Part shown: piece after piece, positions 35,178 through 46,229 of the stretch
Layout: each line of letters opens with the position of its first letter
Position numbering within the stretch: the first letter of the stretch is position 1
Source of the DNA: Squalus acanthias
Lineage: Eukaryota
Direction: 5' to 3'
NCBI GenBank assembly: GCA_030390025.1
Contig: CM059453.1
Coordinates: 6,758,001-6,822,000, forward strand
Length of the DNA: 64,000 nucleotides
Notes under the pieces: model-generated
Told to the model about the DNA's origin: nothing
What the model saw: only the letters and a program-made list of their open reading frames with translations
Database searches by the model: none
Program-made: the position numbers and the translations under genes

Positions 35178-35705
35178 TTTCTATATATAAACCGCCCGGA
35201 CCCCTCGATTAGATTCCTGCCTGTAACACACTACCCGAGTATCCGTTATTCTATATATAAACCACCCGAAACTCAAGATTCGTTTCCAGCCTGTAACTCA
35301 CTCCCGGGTTTCTGTTATTCTGTATATAAAACACCCGAAACCCTTGATTAGATTCCAATTTGTAACTCATTCCCCACTGTCGGTTATTCAATATATAAAC
35401 CCTCCCCCGAACCCTTCGTTTAGATTCCAGCCTGCAACTCAGTCCCAGTTATCTGTTATTCGTTGTATAACGCCGACCCACCCCCGAACCCCTCGATTCG
35501 ATTCCAGCCTGTAACTCACGCACGATTAGCTGTTATTCCATATACAAACCTCACTGAAACCCCTCGATTATATTCAGATCTGTAACTCACTCCCAGTTAT
35601 CTGTTATTCTTTATATAACCCCGCACTCACCCGAACTCCTCGATTCGATTACAGCCTGTAACTGACTCCCGGGTATCCGTTATTCTACATATAAACTACC
35701 CAAAA
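35178..35705. repeat. Tandem repeat, unit about 70-77 bp, about 7 units
   Basis: Recurring GATTAGATTCCAGCCTGTAACTCACTCCCGGGTATCTGTTATTCTATATATAAACC...CCCGAACCCCTC. Confidence 0.9.
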
Positions 35706-36563
35706 CAATATATCAAAATCCAATCGCGAAGTAATTGTTGGGTATGTGTTAATGTACACATGAGCCATTAGAACCTCTTCGTTATATTTCAGCCTGTGAC
35801 CTACATTTAACTGTCCATTTCCCTACTTATAAACAGTACAAACTGCTAGATTGTATCCATTAGTTACTATTTTGGCTGGTATGTGGCCTGCCTTCAACTC
35901 TTTACGATTTCACTGAGAATACAAATTGGAGATAATCATCAGGAACCATTGCTGGTGTCAAGGCACACATCACACGGTGCATCTCTTGTCTCAGTTCCGC
36001 TTTCAACAGTCGCAGTTCAACAGCTCTCCTGCACAGCTTTGACGTTTAAATAGTTTCATGCCTTTGTAGCCTCGATCTGAATTACTGTCCGTTTAACGAT
36101 GAATTAAAGATGACCAATTTTGATATTTGTACCATTCCCTATCCAAGGTACTGCTCAAACTCTCCATATCAAACTCTTATATCTAACAACAAAAAGCGAT
36201 CCTATCGCATTTCACTTAGTGAGTTTTCAATTGGTGAAGGTAGTTGATGTAGAAATTCGTTAACTCACTTTGCTCTCACAGTGCCCTTTAGACACAATAA
36301 TGAGGTAGAAATTCCGATCCCTACGGGTGTGTACGCGCTGTATACTCACCCGCAGAGACATCGGAAATGCCGGTTTCAGGCATGCACTGCGCATGCGCTG
36401 GAAACAGGTATTTCCGATCTGTCAAGAAAGCTCTTGACAGATCCTCCGGCTGCCCTGGAGCAGTGCCTGTGCGGGTGGACAGTTCCGTTTTTTGGAGACC
36501 CTCAGCCCGCAGAAAACACATACAATTCTAGCGCATGTGAAAGCAGGTGCAAGGCCTGCTTTT

Positions 36564-36985
36564 TTTTTGTAACTAAATAAAACTTTAAAGGAAACTTAAC
36601 AAATCAAATTAAAATTTGGTAGTCCGGGGTGACGATGCACTCCAGCCCCCGCGGCGCCCACCGGTCGCGGAAAAACTCAAGCGTGCCGGCGGACACCGCG
36701 TGCTCCATCTCCAGGGCCACCCGGGCGCGAACATGGCAATCGGGCCGAACGACCCCCTCGACCGCCCGCTGCCTGAACCAATTAATGGCTTTCTTAGCCA
36801 GGCCCAGGAGCAGTCCCACGAGGAGGTCCTCTGACCTGCCCGCTCCCCTCCGCACCGGGTGACCGTAGATCAGGAGCGTGGGGCTGAAGTGCAACTATAA
36901 CAATGCAAATAGCAGAGGATGGTTTCGATCAATCGATCTCTTGGTTACGGGCACAGCACGCTTCCGCTGCGCCACTCTGCATGTC
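36564..36985 (-). mobile_element. Chimeric retroposon: initiator tRNA-Met head plus Tx1-clade LINE 3' end plus oligo(A)
   Basis: Flanked by the 15-bp direct repeat GCAAGGCCTGCTTTT (36549-36563 and 36986-37000); LINE peptide FSPTLLIYGHPVRRG...RWAPRGLEC. Confidence 0.85.
36910..36981 (-). tRNA. Initiator tRNA-Met-derived pseudogene (anticodon now CGT)
   Basis: TGCAGAGTGGCGCAGCGGAAGCGTGCTGTGCCCGTAACCAAGAGATCGATTGATCGAAACCATCCTCTGCTA, about 6 changes from vertebrate tRNA-iMet and keeping its GATCGAAA T-loop. Confidence 0.9.
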
Positions 36986-37496
36986 GCAAGGCCTGCTTTT
37001 AACAGGCTAAGAGTTGAAAAACGTAAAAAAAAAAATTTCCACTGATTTATCATTTTAAAATACTTTAAAGAAAGATAAGTGAATTTTTAGCACTGTTAAA
37101 AACTTTAATAATTATTTTCAAAAATTTTAATTTGTGTTTAAAATAGCTAATTTATGTAATTTATAGTAATTTTAAAAATGTGATTTAAAAAAATGTATTT
37201 GAAGTTTTACTTATGTTTTGGAGGAGATCGATATTCATAGATTTGACAGGTCTTCCTGTCAAATCTATGAATGGAGATTCCCTGCTCTGATTGGCTACCA
37301 ATGGCGCACGTGATCCTAGGGACGCTTCGAACTGACTGCGCCCCTGGGATACGCGTGCCCTGCTTGAAGTTTGAAGAGGCCCAGCAACGGATATTTGCGA
37401 CACCCGGGAGCCCTCCGTTCGAGCCGGAGATTTTTCAAAATCGCAGCCCTCAGCCCGCGGTAGGGCTGTGAAAGGAATTTCTGGGCCAATCCTATG

Positions 37497-38212
37497 CTGG
37501 CCCGGATTTTGTTGTCGGTGTTGCGGGTTAGCGTACGGTTTAATTGCTCCTTTGAAATCCACCGCAAGTTCAGGATTTCTGCATGCGCTTTCTGGATCTT
37601 GCGGTCTGTCAGTTTACGTGTTGACAGGCCAGCCGCGAGGACCAAGAGAAAGCAATTGCTGGCCAGAAATTGCACACGGAAATTTTACGGTTGATGCGAA
37701 CAGGCGAAGGGTATGTTTGCATCTCTGTATAGGGATTTTTCAGGCATGATTGAAATATTTTAATATCGTAAATTATACACATACACTGCATAAAATGAAT
37801 TTTCGCAAATATTGGCCCAGATTAGAGTTTTAAAGATGTTGAAAATTATTATGAAAAAATTACATTTTTAGTGAGGTTGGTGGAATGATGCAAATTACGA
37901 TCTAAATTCCAATTCTGTGAATTGTAATTAGATTAGATTTCGGGATTCTATTACATCTCATTGCTAGATTCCCTTCGGAAATGATTAAAATCGAATTCTG
38001 CTTTGTGCTTGGAGGAACAGGCCCACGTGACCCCAGGTAAACTTCCGCAACGCCTGCGTCCCTGGGATCGTAAAGCCCTTTCACTGCCCTCCGCCTCGCA
38101 TCGTCAGACAGCAAGTTTTCGCAACCTCGCCGCCATCAGGTAGATGCATAATTATTTTACCGGTCGGAGGCGTACGCTGGAAGTACACCTCCAAGCGCGA
38201 TTTTTTTCCCAT
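37497..38212. mobile_element. Further degenerate MITE-family pieces
   Basis: GGCCCGGATTTTG...CAAATATTGGCCC (about 37499-37818) and a reverse match to the 1210-1510 segment (about 37880-38210). Confidence 0.55.
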
Positions 38213-38795
38213 TAGACCCAGTCTTTTCCTGGATTAAAACTATTAATAATAATCGACAACAGTCGCATTAGTTTATTGCTGTCTCTGCATTTCCAACATG
38301 CAGCAGTCCAGAGATTTATGAACAGTCAAAATGAAAATCGATGTGTTCAAAGTTTCATTCAAGGGACACAGACGGAATTCTTCTCTTTCGTTTATCGAGT
38401 TTTGTTTGCATGATAAGAAATGGAAAATTTGCAGCCTTTAAATTATATTGTTTGATCATGTACAAGTACAGGAGTGATTTTAAATGTCCCAGTGTGATAG
38501 TTGTGCATGAATAATTTACTAGGCTCAGATTAATACTGTGTGATAATAACTTACGAATGTTAAAAACATACACAACTTGAAATGGCACTCTGAGATTCGG
38601 TACAAGGGAGAAACTAGTGTTGAGATCTCACTGTGTCAGAATACCGTTGGAATTCTAAACAGCACATTAAAAAGACATCGGTGTAGATTATTAACATGAG
38701 CGCGGCTGTTGTAATTGGAATGTCCATTAGTATTAAACAAATTAACGCGGAATTCACAGCTCCAATTTTGTGCCGGGGTGTAATTAATGATTTAG

Positions 38796-39495
38796 NNNNN
38801 NNNNNNNNNNNNNNNNNNNNNNNNNNNNNNNNNNNNNNNNNNNNNNNNNNNNNNNNNNNNNNNNNNNNNNNNNNNNNNNNNNNNNNNNNNNNNNNNNNNN
38901 NNNNNNNNNNNNNNNNNNNNNNNNNNNNNNNNNNNNNNNNNNNNNNNNNNNNNNNNNNNNNNNNNNNNNNNNNNNNNNNNNNNNNNNNNNNNNNNNNNNN
39001 NNNNNNNNNNNNNNNNNNNNNNNNNNNNNNNNNNNNNNNNNNNNNNNNNNNNNNNNNNNNNNNNNNNNNNNNNNNNNNNNNNNNNNNNNNNNNNNNNNNN
39101 NNNNNNNNNNNNNNNNNNNNNNNNNNNNNNNNNNNNNNNNNNNNNNNNNNNNNNNNNNNNNNNNNNNNNNNNNNNNNNNNNNNNNNNNNNNNNNNNNNNN
39201 NNNNNNNNNNNNNNNNNNNNNNNNNNNNNNNNNNNNNNNNNNNNNNNNNNNNNNNNNNNNNNNNNNNNNNNNNNNNNNNNNNNNNNNNNNNNNNNNNNNN
39301 NNNNNNNNNNNNNNNNNNNNNNNNNNNNNNNNNNNNNNNNNNNNNNNNNNNNNNNNNNNNNNNNNNNNNNNNNNNNNNNNNNNNNNNNNNNNNNNNNNNN
39401 NNNNNNNNNNNNNNNNNNNNNNNNNNNNNNNNNNNNNNNNNNNNNNNNNNNNNNNNNNNNNNNNNNNNNNNNNNNNNNNNNNNNNNNNNNNNNNG
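38796..39495. other. Assembly gap (700 N)
   Basis: Run of N. Confidence 1.
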
Positions 39496-39500
39496 GAGAC

Positions 39501-39550
39501 TATCCTCGCCTGTTACGTGGGAGCCCGCGGTTCAATTCCCCGATGGACGG
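39501..39550 (+). pseudogene. tRNA-Asp-like 3' fragment abutting the gap
   Basis: TATCCTCGCCTGTTACGTGGGAGCCCGCGGTTCAATTCCCCGATGG compared with tRNA-Asp TATCCCCGCCTGTCACGCGGGAGACCGGGGTTCGATTCCCCGACGG. Confidence 0.7.
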
Positions 39551-39607
39551 CACGATTTTTCCGGCATGGAGTCGCTGGCCGAATGGTCTCCTTCTTTGCC
39601 GTTATGA

Positions 39608-39667
39608 CTATCTATCTTTCTATCTGTAAATCTAACTATCTATCTATCGATCTATTTATCTATTATC
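39608..39667. repeat. Imperfect (TATC)n microsatellite
   Basis: tatctatctttctatctg...tatctatctatc. Confidence 0.8.
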
Positions 39668-40207
39668 GGATGTCTTTCTGGTTTACTTCTGTATTGTAAA
39701 ATAATTTCCATTCCTCAAAAAAGTTTTATTTTGAAATCAAACAATGCATCATTTAGGGGAAGAAAAAGGAAAGGAGGATAGGAACGTGAGGGAAAGGAGC
39801 CAGGGGAAACAAGTTGCGAGAGAGGGAGCTCTGATTTCACCCATGTGAAAAACTATTCCAGTGAACGGACGGTTAAGAAAGGAGCAAGTGGAAGTTGACA
39901 GATTTATGGGTAATTCTAGTATTGTGGCGATGAGAGAAAAGTGAGGGAATAGTGGGAACGTGACGGGGTAGGCGATGTGATTGGAGTGAAGAGATTGGGG
40001 AAGCATAAATGATTGGGTAACAGATGGGAAGGGAATTGTTGTCGCCGCATTTTCCTTGAATTTGTCAGGACAAATTCAAAATACAGGCATTGGTGACTCC
40101 TTTCTGCAACCGGACCATGCAATACCAATGACACTGAAAGGACACAAGAAAGTTACAGAAATATAGAGAATCAGACGGGGGCGAGACAGAAGTGGAAAGA
40201 GTTAATA

Positions 40208-43200
40208 ATAAGAACATAAGAAACAGGAGCAGGGGTAGGCCAATCGGCCCCTCGAGCCTGCTCCGCCATTCAATAAGATCATGGCTGATCTGCTCCTAAC
40301 CTCAAATCAAAAGAACACAAGAAGTAGGAGCAGGACCGGGCCACTCAGCCCCTGGACCCGCTCCGCTACCCACAGGGCCTTGACCGATCCGAACTCAGCC
40401 TCATGTACAATTCCCTTCCCGCTCCCCGTAACCCCTAATTCCCTTTACTTCTAGGGAACTGTCTGTTTCTGTTTTAAATTTGTTTAATGATGTAGCTTCC
40501 ACAGCTTCCTGGGCAGCAAATTCCACAGACCTACTACCCTCTGAGTGAAGATATTTCTCCTCATCTCAGTTTTGAAAGAGCAGCCCCTTATTCTAAGATT
40601 ATGCTCCCTAGTTCTAGTTTCACCCATCCTTGGGAACATCCTTACCGCATCCAACCGATCAAGCCCCTTCACAATCTTATATGTTTCAATAAGATCGCCT
40701 CTCATTCTTCTGAACTCCAATGAGTAGAGTCCCAATCTACTCAACCTCTCCTCATATGTCCACCCCCTAATCCCTGGGATTAACCGAGTGAACCTTCTTT
40801 GTACTGCCTCGAGAGCAAGTATGTATTTTCTTAAATATGGACACCAAAACTGTATGCAGTGTTCCAGGTGCAGTCTCACCAATACCTTATATAACTGCAG
40901 CAATACCTCCCTGTTTTTATAATCTATCCCCCTAGCAATAAAAGCCAACATTCCGTTGGCCTTCTTGATCACCTGCTGCACCTGCATACTAACTTTTTGA
41001 TTTTCTTGCACTGGGAACCCCAGATCCCTTTGTACTGCAGTACTTTCCAGTTTCTCGCCATTAAGATAATAACTTGCTCTCTGATTTTTCCCGCCAAAGT
41101 GCATAAACTCACATTTTCCAATATTGTATTGCATCTGCCAAATCTCCGCCCGCTCACCCAGCCTGTCTATATCCCCTAGTAGGTTTTTTATGTCCTCCTC
41201 ACTTTCTACTTTCCCTCCCATCTTTGTATCATCTGCAAACTTTGATATATTACACTCGGTCCCCTCCTCCAAATCGTTAATATAGATTGTAATGAGCTGG
41301 GGACCCAGCACCGACCCCTGCGGAACACCACTGGCTACTGGTTGCCAGTCCAAGAATCAACCATTTATCCCAACTCTCTGCTTCCTGTTAGGTAACCAAT
41401 CCTCCACCCATGCCAGAATATTACCCCCAATCTAGTTATTTTTTATCTTGAGCAATAATCTTTAACGTGGCACTTTGTCGAATGCCTTCTGGAAGTCTAA
41501 ATACACTACGTCCACTGATTCCCCTTTATCCACCCTGTACGTTATGTCCTAAAATAACTCAAGCAAATTTGTCAGACATGACTTCCCCTTCATAAAGCCG
41601 TTCTGACTTTGTCCTATTAAATTGTTTTTATCTAAATGTTCCGTTACTGTCTCCTTAATAATAGTCTCCAAAACTTTACCCACCACAGATGTTAGGCTTA
41701 CTGGTCTATAATTTCCAGCCTTCTGCCTACTACACTTTTTAAATAAGGGTGTTGCATTAGCAGTTTTCCAATCTGCCAGGAACTTTGCTGAGTCCAGGGA
41801 ATTTTGGAAAATTAATACCAAAGCATCCACAATCCCTACTGCCACTTCCCTCAAGACCCTAGGATGTAAGCCATCAGGTCCAGGGGATGTATCCGCCTTG
41901 AGTCCCATTATTTTACTGATTACCAATTCTTTAGTGATTTTAATCGAATTTAGCTCCTCCCCCCTAGAGCCCCCTGTTTTTCCAGTGTAGGGATATTCTT
42001 AGTGTCCTCTACCGTAAAGACTGAAACAAAATATTTGTTTAGCATTTTTGCCATCTCCATGTTTCCCACCATTAATTTCCCGGTCTCATCCTCTAAGGGA
42101 CCGACGTGTGCGTTAGCCACCCTTTTTCGTTTTATATAATTATAGAAACTCTTGCTGTCTGTTTTTATATTTTTTGCTAATTTATTTTCATAATCTATCT
42201 TCCCTTTCTTAATCAGTCCTTTAGTTACTTTTTGCTGTCTTTTGAAGACTTCTCAATCCTCCATCCTCCCACTAAGTTTGGCTACCTTATATATCCTTGT
42301 TTTTAGTCGGATACTATCCTTAATTTCTTTACTTAGCCACGGATGGCTGTCATTTCTTTTACACCCTTTTTTCTTAAGTGGAATATATATATTTTGAAAG
42401 TTGTAAAGTAACTCCTTAAATGAACAACACTGCTCTTGTACCGTCTTAACCTTTAATCTATTTTCCCAGTCCACTTTAATCAATTCCGCTCTCATACCAT
42501 CATAGTCTCCTTTATTGAAGCTCAGTACGCTTGTTTGCGAACCAACCTTCTCACCCTCTAATTGTATATGGAAATCAACAATGTTATGGTCACTCATTCC
42601 AAGGGGATCCTTAACTAGGACATTATTAATTAATCCTGACTCATTACACAGGACCAGGTCCAAGGTTGATTGCCCCCTTGTAGGATCAGTTACATACCGC
42701 TCAAGAAATCCATCCCTAATGCACTCAATAAACTCTTCCTCCAAGCTGCACTGCCCAATTTGATTTGTCCAGTTAATATGATAGTTAAAATCCCCCATAA
42801 TTATAGCTGTTCCCTATTTACATGCCCCAACTATTTCCTGATTAATACTTCTTGCAGCAGAGTTGCAACTATTAGGAGGCCTATCTACTACTCCCACTAG
42901 TGTTTTTTTCCCCATATTATTACTTATCTCCACCCAAACAGTTTCATTATCCTGATCCTTTGACCCAATATCATTTCTCTGTATTACAGTGATTCCTTCC
43001 TTTATTAACATAGCCACCCCACCTCCCCTTCCTTCCGGCCTGTCCTTCCTGATTGTTAAATACCCTGGCATATTTAATTCCAAGTCGTTGTCACCCTGCA
43101 GCCATGTTTCTGTAATGACCACAAGATCATAACCATACGTAGTTATTTCTGGCGTTAACGCGTCCATTTTGTTACGAATGCTACGTGCATTCAGATAAAG

Positions 43201-43343
43201 AATGTTCAAATATGTTTTGTGACACTTAGTTCCTGCTTTTTCCTTTTTTAACACTTTACCTTTTACTCCATAAATTCTGTCCCTTACTGACATGCTTTCC
43301 TCCATCTCCCTGCTCAGGTGCCCAACCCCCTGCCACTTTAGTT
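40208..43343 (-). mobile_element. CR1 LINE with nearly complete but disrupted ORF2
   Basis: APE motifs NARSIRNK, ITETW, MGDFN; RT motifs PQGSVLGP, FADD; AAGAACATAAGAAAC tail; stops and frameshifts. Confidence 0.93.
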
Positions 43344-46229
43344 TACGGATGAGAAGCAAAAGTGATCAGAGAACGAGTGAACGAGAGAGTGAGAGTAGCG
43401 AAATAGGAGATAGAGGAAGCAAAATCGCAATGAGATGTCCTCAGAGAAACGTAATAGAGACCAGACTCTCTGACCTGCCACGCATCGAGTGACTGGGAAG
43501 ATCGAACAAGAAAATATTTCAAAAATGCATCTGATGCAATTACAGTCAACATTTCCCACCACAACTTCATGTGAGCTCATTTCTAATGGAACCTATCTGT
43601 GTGAACTGATCAAACTGTAGTTACACCCTCCCGAAATTTCACCTGGGTGCATGGCCAGCTATGCAGGCAGAGCCTGATTGGAGGCAATTAAATCGTCCAA
43701 AAAAGCAGAAAGTCACGTGTTGTCGTGATTGAGAGGAAAACAGATTAACAGGACCTGAGATTTTTTTTTTAGCCCTGATGCGCAATCAGGACTCAAATCA
43801 AATACGTCCGAATAAATGATGGGCTGGTAATACGCCTTCGGCCCGCCAACAAATTACGAAATTACCTGCAGAAGCCAGGTTGCCAAAAGTTGCGGTCTCA
43901 GGCCTCGTGGCGGAGGGCAGTAATGGCCCACGGATTCCCAGGAGCACAGGCGGTGCGGAAGCATACTTGGGATCACATGGTCCTGGTCCTCCAATGAAAA
44001 ACGGGAATTCCATTGCTGTCATTCACAAAGGGAATTCCATAATGACATGCAGTGGAATCTCAAAAATGAAACTTACACAATTAACAGAATTGGAATTTTA
44101 TTCATAATTAACTTCCTTCCACCAAATTCAATGGGCCAGAATTTATTGTGTATTTGATGGCATACGCTCAGCCTATGCCATCCTAATCCTTCAGTTTGGA
44201 TCTCGCAAATTCCGGGTCTACAAATGTATTGCGCATGCGCGCAAACACGGAACTTGCGCGTTCTCGAGGTACACCTGGACAGATCTAAACAACCGACAGA
44301 TAAATCACATTCGGTGGCGGACAGTTGAGCTTTTTGTTTTGTTAGTTGTGATTGAGGGACTTTTAATTAAATTTGAAAAAAATAACATTTATATTTATTA
44401 GAATTGTCTGAATTGTATAATTATTTGTGGATTCCGACGCATATCATTAGCGGATTCCCTTCGTAAATGACGGCAATGGAATCCGCCATTCTCGATCCCA
44501 TGGACGGTCCGCGTCTCTGGGATCCAGGAGCCTTTAGCAGGCGTACGCCGCGTAACCCAGGATCCGAATTCTCCGTAGCTGTGGAGCCAAAGGGTAATTT
44601 CAGAAATGTTTCGCAGGTGAGCGTTGTACTCTGGAACTACGCCTCCAACCGCAAATTCAGGGCCAATAAAAATATATTTATTTGATAATAATTTCATACA
44701 TCTTCAAAACTGGTATCGGGCCAGTATTTGCATAAACACATTTACTACAGTGTATGTGCATACAATTTGGATTTTCAAATGTTTTATTTGAGCCTTAGAT
44801 ATGTCCTTACGCTGAGGTAAACAGGCTCTTTGCTTGCATCAACCGTAAGACTTACATGAGCAATTCCTGGGATGTCGCTGGGCAAATAGCCGGAATCAGC
44901 GCCACCGATTGCTTCATCACAGCCCCTGCAAATGGCCAGTCAATACTTAGGTTGACATGTCGCAAGTTCCAGAAATCTGGAATTACAGCGCATCTCAAAG
45001 GGATTACGATGGCATACTCTGCCATCTCAGACACCACAATTCCAGTGCTGAAAGCTTAAATTTATTTGCATCTCTCGCCAGAACTCATCTATGCGCATAA
45101 TTATGGATCTCTTTAAATTAGCATCAGAATTTTAGGCGCCGAATTTTGCGACCCCTACTGGTGCGTACGAGATGTGTACGCACCCGTAGGGGCATGCAAA
45201 GCGAATGCACTATAATGGCACTTGCAATCTCTCAAGAAGCTTCTTGAAAGATCCTCCACATCACCGGGAGATGGGCCTCTGCGGGCGGAGAGTTGCAATT
45301 TTTGCACAACTTACGCCCGCTGAAAGGCCATAGAATTCTTACGCCCAGTATACGAGTTTAAAATAACGTTAAAAATATTTTTTAAATCATTTAAGCATTA
45401 AAAAACTTTTGCAGTAATGTAAGGTTATTTTAGCAGCTTAAAACATTTCAATTTATTTATCAAAAAATTAAATTTTTGTGTAAAATATTCAATAAAATGG
45501 CATTTTAATTAATTTTACATTTGGAATGGTTTTTCTCTATTTATTTCAGTGTGTTGGTGCATTTTTGTAGTCATCCCCATTCATACTTTTGACAATTCTG
45601 TGCTGACGGAATAGTCAAAAGGATGAAGGGGGCTTCCTTTCTTCCATTGGTTCGCCCGGCCCACGTGATCCCAGGGGCGCTTACGAAGCGCATGCGCCCA
45701 TTGGGATACGGGGGCCTCTGCGCATTTCGAAGAGGAGAGACCCAGGATCGCAAGCCTCGGTATGTACGGAACCAGCAGATAAGTTGGTCGATTTTTTTCC
45801 GGTCGGAGTCATCCGCCAGCAGGAAGTCTCCGAACGGAAATTCAAGGCCATTGTCTCTAGTGTTTCATTGCAAGCTTTTTTGGCAACCTGGTCCCCGGTT
45901 GTGAGGGTTCATACTGCGGGCCAATGGATTTCAATAGAGTAACAGACAGAGACGATCTTAGAAATGGTTTGTAAAATTGTTATTTGCCAAGAATATATAA
46001 AAAAAGTTGAAAAGTTACATTAACGAAAAATTCACACTGTCAAACATATTCCAATGATCTCGACATTGGGAACGTAAATCAAAACATGCAACCGATTTTC
46101 TGAATGACCACCATTCTCATAGTCCTTTTTGCAATGCAAAAGTTTTTGATTTTCTTCATGTCATCAGGTGTTTTAAAGTATTGTCAGTCTCATGACCATA
46201 CGCGCTGACAGTACAACTCCTGTTAACTT

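Larger units (their letters stand above)
36302..37487. mobile_element. MITE interrupted by a retro-insertion at 36564-36985
   Basis: GAGGTAGAAATTCC / GGAATTTCTGGGCC ends; internal hairpin at 37233-37272. Confidence 0.75.

Noticed and set aside
36910-36981. Functional tRNA-Thr(CGT) or tRNA-Met gene
   Set aside because: Stem mismatches and a mutated anticodon; embedded in a TSD-flanked retro-insertion
38696-39607. 303-aa ORF
   Set aside because: Artefact of reading through the N gap
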